Origin: Candidatus Methanomarinus sp. HR1 | GTDB lineage: Archaea; Halobacteriota; Methanosarcinia; Methanosarcinales; Methanocomedenaceae | Direction: 5' to 3' | Length of the DNA stretch: 41,161 bases | Assembly (NCBI GenBank): GCA_002926195.1 | Contig: MZXQ01000095.1 | Coordinates: 1 to 41,161, forward strand | Shown: in pieces, positions 34,755-41,161 of the stretch | Position numbering within the stretch: the stretch's first letter is position 1 | How the letters are laid out: each line of letters opens with the position of its first letter | Made by a program: the position numbers and the translations under genes | Notes under the pieces: generated by a model | Database searches by the model: none | The model's input: only the letters and a program-made list of their open reading frames with translations | Told to the model about the DNA's origin: nothing

Positions 34755-35729
34755 ATGAATAAAGATAAGAATAATCTATCAGATACATACGATCGATCAG
34801 GTGAGGTATTCAAATCAGTCTATAATGAGATCTCTGAAGTGATCGTAGGTCAATCCGAGGCTGTAACACAGATCATGATAGCTATGCTGTGTGACGGGCA
34901 TGCTCTTATAGAGAGCAATCCCGGACTTGGCAAGACACTTATTATCAGTACACTATCGCGCATGCTTGATCTTAAATTTAACAGGATACAGTGTACACCT
35001 GATCTGATGCCTTCTGATATCACCGGTACTTATGTAGTAGAAGAGAAAGGCGGGAGTAAGGAGTTCAGGTTCGAACCAGGGCCGGTATTTACCAATATCC
35101 TGCTGGCTGATGAGATCAACAGGGCATCTCCGAAAACACAAAGTGCACTGCTTGAGAGCATGCAGGAGAAGCAGGTTACTGTAGGTAATATGACATATTC
35201 ACTGGAGAGGCCTTTCTTTGTACTGGCAACCCAGAACCCTATTGAAATGGAAGGAACTTTCCCATTACCTGAAGCCCAGCTGGATAGATTCCTGATAAAG
35301 ATCAACCTGGACTATCCGTCTTTCGAAGAAGAGAATGAGATCGTAGACAGGTATACAGGTAATGTTGTGCCTGAAGTAAGAAAGATAATGTCAAAAGAGC
35401 AGTTGATAAAATTGCAGATGCTGACACGAGATGTACCTATATCAGAAGAACTGAAAAAAAAGGTTATCAAGATCGTGTCCCAAACGCGTACTGATAAAGA
35501 ATTCATTGAATTCGGAGCATCGCCGAGAGCCAGTATAGCACTTATTCTATCATCCAAGGCAAGAGCCCTGATCAATGGACGTAATTATGTTAGTGATGAG
35601 GATGTGCAATCAATGGCATATCCTGTATTACGGCACAGGATTATCCTGAATTTCGAATCCCAGCGCAAGGGCATTAGCCACGATCAGGTGATTGACAGTA
35701 TCTTACAACACACAAAACACATCAAATAA
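34755..35729 (+). CDS. MoxR-family AAA+ ATPase
   Basis: It has Walker A NPGLGKT and Walker B ILLADEINRASPKTQSALLE. GAGGT lies 5 nt before the ATG. Confidence 0.9.
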   Translation: MNKDKNNLSDTYDRSGEVFKSVYNEISEVIVGQSEAVTQIMIAMLCDGHALIESNPGLGKTLIISTLSRMLDLKFNRIQCTPDLMPSDITGTYVVEEKGGSKEFRFEPGPVFTNILLADEINRASPKTQSALLESMQEKQVTVGNMTYSLERPFFVLATQNPIEMEGTFPLPEAQLDRFLIKINLDYPSFEEENEIVDRYTGNVVPEVRKIMSKEQLIKLQMLTRDVPISEELKKKVIKIVSQTRTDKEFIEFGASPRASIALILSSKARALINGRNYVSDEDVQSMAYPVLRHRIILNFESQRKGISHDQVIDSILQHTKHIK

Positions 35730-35732
35730 GTC

Positions 35733-36590
35733 ATGATCTCTACTGAATTTCTACGCGAACTGGATCGCTTCTCTTTTGCTGCACAGAAAAGAGTGTCAAG
35801 TCAATATGCCGGAGGACGCCGCTCTACCAGGATAGGAAGAGGCACTGATGCGTATGGTTTTCGTGAATATGAAAGAGGTGACGATTTTAGGACCATCGAC
35901 TGGAAGGTATATGCCCGTACTGAAAAACTATATGTCAGGCAGTTTGAGGAACACAGGGACCTGGTCACCCATATCCTGCTGGATGTAAGCGGGAGTATGA
36001 ACTTTCCTGATGAGGGACTCAATAAATTCGAATACGCTGCCATGCTGGCAGTAGGGTTTGCCTACCTGGTGATGCGTGAGAATGAAAAATTCACTATATC
36101 CACCTTTACAGACGATATAGCTATTTTTAAACCAGGCAGGGGAAAAGTAAACCTGTTATCAAGCATTGACAGGCTGAACAGTATTAATCCCGGGGGACCT
36201 ACTGCATTTGAGGATTGTATCGAGCAATACAGCAAAGTGATACATTCAAAATCAAGAGTGATCATTATCTCTGATCTTCTAATACCATTGGAGGATATAC
36301 GCCCTGCCATCTACCGGGTGGGACAAAATGACATGATCGTTATTCAAGTGCTTGATCCATCTGAGATACAGCTTCCTGAAGTAGGTGCAGTAAAGCTGCG
36401 TGACCTTGAGACAACCGAGCAATTATTTACTGACATCAACACTGCCCTGGTATCCGAATATACAAGTGAGCTTATATTACATAGAGATAGCATTAAGACC
36501 GAATGTGATCGACTTGGTGCGGATTTCTTTTCATTCGGTACAGATCTGCCTATCTTTGAGGCTATTTACAGGACCATCCACGGGAGATGA
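35733..36590 (+). CDS. DUF58 (vWA-like) protein
   Basis: It has the DUF58 hallmark FREYERGDDFRTIDWKVYARTEKLYVRQFEE and the MIDAS-like LLDVSGSM. It starts 3 nt after the MoxR stop. Confidence 0.85.
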   Translation: MISTEFLRELDRFSFAAQKRVSSQYAGGRRSTRIGRGTDAYGFREYERGDDFRTIDWKVYARTEKLYVRQFEEHRDLVTHILLDVSGSMNFPDEGLNKFEYAAMLAVGFAYLVMRENEKFTISTFTDDIAIFKPGRGKVNLLSSIDRLNSINPGGPTAFEDCIEQYSKVIHSKSRVIIISDLLIPLEDIRPAIYRVGQNDMIVIQVLDPSEIQLPEVGAVKLRDLETTEQLFTDINTALVSEYTSELILHRDSIKTECDRLGADFFSFGTDLPIFEAIYRTIHGR

Positions 36591-36595
36591 ATTGA

Positions 36596-38449
36596 TTGGC
36601 AGGGTTTTTTAACATACTATTTTCCAATCCGCTGGGATTGCTGGCACTGGCCAGTATTATTCCTCTTATCATTCTATATCTGTTGCGCCCTAAGACCATT
36701 GACCTGAATATACCTTCACTGCTTTTTATTCTAAAACGCGAAGAGAAGCGCAGTAAGCTTTCACTGCTATTTAGAAGGCTTATCCGCGATCCGTTGTTTC
36801 TTATACAGTTATTTGTATTGATCCTGTTAAGCCTTGCAATAGCAGGCCCATATATCATGGATGAGAAGGTTTCAGGTGACCATACGGTGATCATAATAGA
36901 TAATTCAGCCAGTATGCAGGCAGGCGGCAGGCTGGACAGTGCTAAAGATATGGCTACAAAGCGTTTGTCTGCTGTAAATAGTGTGATCTGGGCACAGAAT
37001 GTACCTGTACTGGCATTAAAAGAAAAAAGCACAATAAGAGCTAAAGAAGTGATCGCTATAACTCCCCAGCGCGCTGTTGCCTGTGATCTTGCTGCTGCTA
37101 TCACCTATGCAGAAAGGATTTCGGGTGCGGGTGGAAGTATCATTGTTTTTTCAGACTTTGCCAGCTGGACAGGTGATGACCCACTTGTGGCAAAAAGCCT
37201 GGCTGAATACAATGGAGTGAAAGTTGAGTTTGTAGGGGTTAATGAGCCTGGTAACGGAAATATTGGTTTTGTCAATGGTTGGATAGATATTTCCAATGGA
37301 AAATATAACCTGAACCTTGCAATTAAGAATTTTAATGAACAAAATGCCAATGTACAATTACAAATCCGAAACGGAGATGCAAAACAAAGCGCAACACTGG
37401 ATATCCCTGCACATACTACCAGCGCATATATTGTACCTGGTCTTAATACCGGCCGCACTGAAGTAACTATAAATAGTGGTGGTGGACTTGGGCTTGATGA
37501 TACTGCTTATGTTTTTATCCCACCTGCTGCCGGGGGCAGTATCTTACTTGTGGATAGTAGAGACCAGACACCGACCATAGGTGCTCTGGGACTTTTTAGT
37601 GCAGGAGTTGAACATTCCAGGCACCTGCCGCAGGACCTTTTTGCATATGATATTGTGATACTTGGCACATTGAACAACGGATCAGTTGATTGGAATGTAT
37701 TGAATGATTTTGTGAAAGGCGGCGGAACATTGATCGCAATGGCCTCTTCGTCTCTGGTTAATGCAAATAATGATAATGATCTGCTGCCTATTACTGTTAC
37801 CGGCATCTCAAATGAGACGAAGCTTACAGTAGTTGCAGAAAATCCTCTGACCGGAAGTATTGCTTTTGAAGATATTGAAATAGTGCATCACATAAAGGGC
37901 ACAGTACCTGATGGTGCTACCGTGCTTGTAGAGGCATCGGATGGCTCACCCATATTATGCCACTGGCGTAAGGGTAAGGGTACTGTTGTGTATCTCGGAC
38001 TCAATGATATAACGGGAGATAATGCATGGTCAGGTTTTAATACCATGCCTGAATTCCCGCTGTTCTGGAAGAATATGATAGACTGGATAGGAGGTACGGA
38101 TATTGAGCAGCACAATGCTTTAACTGGTACTGTTATCAAACTGCCTGCCGAGCAGACCATTACCTGTCCGGATGGAAATACTATTACCTCCAACAACCTA
38201 TGGATAGACCAGGTGGGTTTCTATCAGTTAGAAGCGCAGGTACTTGCAGCTAATCTATATGATTCTAAAGAGTCAAATGTGGATGAGATATCCCTGGATG
38301 TCAGCTCTGTCACAAGTAAATATATTGAAAGACCGCAGACAGTCAGTACAGAGGGAACCAGTGATATCACTACTTATCTTATCTTATTGGTATTTGGTCT
38401 GGTCTTTTTGGAATTGTATGTTATACACCGCAGGAGGGAGCTGTTTTGA
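36596..38449 (+). CDS. BatA-like membrane protein with vWA domain
   Basis: It has a TTG start and an N-terminal double-TM 'aerotolerance regulator N-terminal' pattern (LASIIPLIILYLLRPK). MIDAS is IIIDNSASM, and there is a C-terminal TM anchor. Confidence 0.8.
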   Translation: MAGFFNILFSNPLGLLALASIIPLIILYLLRPKTIDLNIPSLLFILKREEKRSKLSLLFRRLIRDPLFLIQLFVLILLSLAIAGPYIMDEKVSGDHTVIIIDNSASMQAGGRLDSAKDMATKRLSAVNSVIWAQNVPVLALKEKSTIRAKEVIAITPQRAVACDLAAAITYAERISGAGGSIIVFSDFASWTGDDPLVAKSLAEYNGVKVEFVGVNEPGNGNIGFVNGWIDISNGKYNLNLAIKNFNEQNANVQLQIRNGDAKQSATLDIPAHTTSAYIVPGLNTGRTEVTINSGGGLGLDDTAYVFIPPAAGGSILLVDSRDQTPTIGALGLFSAGVEHSRHLPQDLFAYDIVILGTLNNGSVDWNVLNDFVKGGGTLIAMASSSLVNANNDNDLLPITVTGISNETKLTVVAENPLTGSIAFEDIEIVHHIKGTVPDGATVLVEASDGSPILCHWRKGKGTVVYLGLNDITGDNAWSGFNTMPEFPLFWKNMIDWIGGTDIEQHNALTGTVIKLPAEQTITCPDGNTITSNNLWIDQVGFYQLEAQVLAANLYDSKESNVDEISLDVSSVTSKYIERPQTVSTEGTSDITTYLILLVFGLVFLELYVIHRRRELF

Positions 38450-40893
38450 TAGGGTTTGAACATGTGTACTACCTGCTGGCAATAATCCCTGTATTTATTG
38501 CAGGGTGGATACTGGTAAAACGTGGTGCCAATCACAGTCTTATTATGAGTCGTGTTAGTGTCATATCACTGCTTATTATAGCATTAGCAGGACCGTATAA
38601 TCCATTGATCGTGACTGAGATTGATGATACTCCTTCTATTACTGTATTATCGGATGAGACAGAGAGTATGGACCTTTTTGAAGAAGGTACGGCGCAGGAG
38701 ATATTTGAGCGTTTGCAGGGGCAAACACCTGTTACTATGGAACGGATGAAGGGGTTGCGCTCGGATATAGGTGATGAGATACTTTCTTCATCGGAAAGGA
38801 GTTATCATGTTGTGGTGGTATCTGACGGGAATAACAATTTCGGAAGTGATTTGGAAGAGACTATTGATTTTATTTCAGATACAGGTACTTCAATATATGC
38901 TATTACACAGACTCCGCTGGTAAATGATCTGAGTGTTGAGATAACGGGTGGGAGGACGGCTGTTGTTGGTAATGAGAACCTGGTAGGTATTGAGGTAAGA
39001 CAGGCACTGAGTGATGCACGTTATAGGCTGACTGTTGAAGTAGACGGACAATCTGTGTTAAGAATAGATGAGACACAGACTGCTGTGAAAAAGACCATAG
39101 CTTTTTCCCATACTTTTACGTCTTTGGGTCCTCATGTGATCACTGCCAGGATATCATCCTCGGATGATATGCGTACGGATAATAATCTGTTTAATAAGAC
39201 AGTCTATGTTGTTCCTAAACCTGAAGTTTTGTTGATCACATCAGATACGGACTCACCTATGTATAATATACTGAATAATCAGTATGCTCTGTATACTGCT
39301 TCTGCAGTTGATGTTAATAATCTATCAAAATATAAGGCTGTAGTGCTGGATAATAGCAATAATGACCACATTTCTTCTGGTGTTGTGGATAAACTACGGG
39401 AATATACTGCTAATGGTAGAGGGCTGGTTGTGGTTGGTGGAGATAATAGCTATGATTTCGGGAATTATTTATCATCCGGACTGGAGACTGTATTACCGGT
39501 TGAATCGTATCCCAGTACCTATGCAGGGTCTGTGAATATTGTAATTGTAATGGATATTAGCGGAAGTATTAAAGCTCATCAGGCACTGGATGATGAGAAA
39601 GCCATGGTTATCAGTCTATTGCAAGATATGGGCAGGGACACGAATGTTGGAATAGCAGCCTTTGGCAGTAAAGCTGTTCAGGTAAGCGAGGGATTGCTGC
39701 CTATGTCCGGTCATGCCAACCGTGATGCTCTGATAGATAAAGTGACAAATCTTAAAACAGGTCATGGGGGTACATCTATGGATGAAGGGATTGCTAAGGC
39801 TACTGAGATGCTGGATAATACCAGCGGTCAGAAAAATATCATAATATTTTCTGATGGGGCTATTGATAATTGTTTTGATGACTGCATGATAGAGATATCA
39901 AGTATTGATACCACGCAAATAGAAATGATCTTTGCATTGATCAAGACCAATGTGATAAAAGAGCAACTTGTGAAGACAAATTACAATAAGGGAGAATATT
40001 TCATGGATATCTTAGCTCAACATGCAGGAGGAGAATTCTATGAACTTGAATTGGATCAGCGGCTTGATCTTACTTTCGGGAAGGAGTCACCTGATCTTTC
40101 ACCAGATGAATCAAAAGTGTATGCGGTTGTACGTCTTGATGAAGAACATTTCATCACCCGTTATCTCAATATATCAGGGAGCATTTCAGGATATAACGAT
40201 GTCACACAAAAAGTTGGTGCCAGCCGTCTGGTAACCACAAGCATGGGAAAACCTGTTGTTACTTCATGGCAGTTCGGACTGGGCAGGGTGGTAAGTCTTA
40301 GTACTGATAATGGTAAATTCTGGTCAGGTGAACTGTATTCCGGTGAGAATGCCAGGTTAATGCCCAGTATTATCAACTGGGTGGTAGGTGACCCACAACC
40401 TGACAAAGGGCTTGTAGTTTATTCCAGTGATATGTATCTGGGTTCACCTGGAACGATAACTGTTCTAAGTGATACGCTGCCGGGTGTGAGCTTTAATGGA
40501 CAGGAAGTATCAATGTCCAGGACTGAAGACAGGAGCTTTGAAGGTGTACTTAATCCTGTGTCCCAGGGTGTATTTCCGCTTGTGGTTACAGGAGGAGGAG
40601 AACGGATAGATGATTTATTAGCAGTTGATTATCCGATGGAATACAGGGATGTTGGTAATAATCCTGAGTTTTTGGAGGCAGTTAAGAGGAATAGGGGTGG
40701 GGTATATTATCCGGAGCAGGCTACGTCGATATTGTTTGAGGATATTATGACTAATTCGGTTCGGACTACTGTGGAACATGTGGATTTAAGGTGGATAGCT
40801 CTTTTGGTGGCATTGATTGTGTTTTTGAGTGAGGTTATTGTGAGACGTGTACATGGGATTATTGATATTAAGGATAGGCGTAAGGGGGTGTGA
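38446..40893 (+). CDS. Large membrane-anchored vWA-domain protein (Bat-like)
   Basis: A TTGA start/stop overlap links it to the previous gene. It has N- and C-terminal TM helices and MIDAS VMDISGSI ... IIIFSDGA. A central VVLDN...GRGLVVVGGDNSY segment resembles a GATase1-like fold. Confidence 0.8.
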   Translation: MIGFEHVYYLLAIIPVFIAGWILVKRGANHSLIMSRVSVISLLIIALAGPYNPLIVTEIDDTPSITVLSDETESMDLFEEGTAQEIFERLQGQTPVTMERMKGLRSDIGDEILSSSERSYHVVVVSDGNNNFGSDLEETIDFISDTGTSIYAITQTPLVNDLSVEITGGRTAVVGNENLVGIEVRQALSDARYRLTVEVDGQSVLRIDETQTAVKKTIAFSHTFTSLGPHVITARISSSDDMRTDNNLFNKTVYVVPKPEVLLITSDTDSPMYNILNNQYALYTASAVDVNNLSKYKAVVLDNSNNDHISSGVVDKLREYTANGRGLVVVGGDNSYDFGNYLSSGLETVLPVESYPSTYAGSVNIVIVMDISGSIKAHQALDDEKAMVISLLQDMGRDTNVGIAAFGSKAVQVSEGLLPMSGHANRDALIDKVTNLKTGHGGTSMDEGIAKATEMLDNTSGQKNIIIFSDGAIDNCFDDCMIEISSIDTTQIEMIFALIKTNVIKEQLVKTNYNKGEYFMDILAQHAGGEFYELELDQRLDLTFGKESPDLSPDESKVYAVVRLDEEHFITRYLNISGSISGYNDVTQKVGASRLVTTSMGKPVVTSWQFGLGRVVSLSTDNGKFWSGELYSGENARLMPSIINWVVGDPQPDKGLVVYSSDMYLGSPGTITVLSDTLPGVSFNGQEVSMSRTEDRSFEGVLNPVSQGVFPLVVTGGGERIDDLLAVDYPMEYRDVGNNPEFLEAVKRNRGGVYYPEQATSILFEDIMTNSVRTTVEHVDLRWIALLVALIVFLSEVIVRRVHGIIDIKDRRKGV

Positions 40894-40980
40894 GTTTGGG
40901 GGATGTGTGTTTGAGGGATTTGCAAGTATTTTTTGAATCGGTCACTTATTTGTAGATATTCCTTGGATACATAACAAAAA

Positions 40981-41161
40981 TCAATCTTGTGCTTGTGCTT
41001 CTACTATGATTTGGGGGTGTCGCATTATGCTAACGCCACCTTTGGTTCGCTTGCGCTTTGGGCTGTGGCTGCCGATACTAAGGAACTCCGCACAATACTT
41101 CACAATAACGCACTTCTTTTTCTCTTCATCTGGGAGCAGTTCTGGACGGATGGATTTTAAC
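40981..41161 (-). CDS. C-terminal 59 codons of an unidentified gene entering from the right edge
   Basis: The minus-strand frame is open from the window edge to the TGA at 40983-40981 (…KYCAEFLSIGSHSPKRKRTKGGVSIMRHPQIIVEAQAQD*). G+C is higher than in the flanks. I recognise no family. Confidence 0.3.
   Translation of the reverse strand, partial: LKSIRPELLPDEEKKKCVIVKYCAEFLSIGSHSPKRKRTKGGVSIMRHPQIIVEAQAQD

Noticed and set aside
40981-41161. Transposase or IS fragment at the right edge
   Set aside because: Only 59 C-terminal residues are visible. They are basic (KRKRTK) but have no catalytic or zinc-finger motif I can assign, and no inverted repeat is seen. I report it only as an unidentified partial CDS.
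1-41161. tRNA or rRNA genes, pyrrolysine or selenocysteine recoding, programmed frameshifts
   Set aside because: I saw no T-loop (GGTTCGAAT/GGTTCAAAT) or rRNA signatures. No pair of adjacent same-strand ORFs looks like one gene split by an in-frame TAG or TGA or by a frameshift, and there are no methylamine methyltransferase genes.

Overview
This 41.2-kb window looks like an AT-rich euryarchaeal chromosome segment. I infer a Methanosarcinales-type methanogen or ANME lineage from the gene content: an A1Ao ATP synthase operon (order H-I-K-E-C-F-A-B-D), an F420-dependent sulfite-reductase-like fusion, Trm1 and archaeal TopA. The backbone genes are fsr with a divergent Lrp/AsnC regulator, a GlcD/GlcF-like pair, topA, trm1, uppP, the ATP synthase operon and acetamido-sugar genes (wecC-like, Gfo/Idh/MocA).

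The best candidate for an uncharacterised system is a tightly packed four-gene cluster at 11116-15979:
- a six-PAS protein ending in an RsbR-like STAS domain, with no kinase or other output domain;
- a Roadblock/LC7 protein;
- a KaiC-like domain with a destroyed P-loop fused to an MglA/CvnD-type small GTPase;
- an intact KaiC-like ATPase.

Other items of note:
- A MoxR-DUF58-vWA-vWA (Bat-like) five-gene cluster at 33867-40893.
- A mosaic REP/BIME-like hairpin repeat family with five hairpin copies and two composite copies. It overlaps and rewrites gene termini: the topA stop, the wecC tail and the glcD-like start.
- A 36/40 inverted repeat built from 3+3 tandem 10-bp ACACAGATTA units at 8601-8776.
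- A roughly 53% G+C non-coding island at 7361-7640 that may be a structured RNA.
- A 2.5-copy, 747-bp tandem duplication inside the PAS gene.
- A vapBC-like toxin-antitoxin pair.

I found no rRNA, tRNA, CRISPR array or recognisable transposase. All calls come from reading the sequence and from remembered family motifs; no searches were run.
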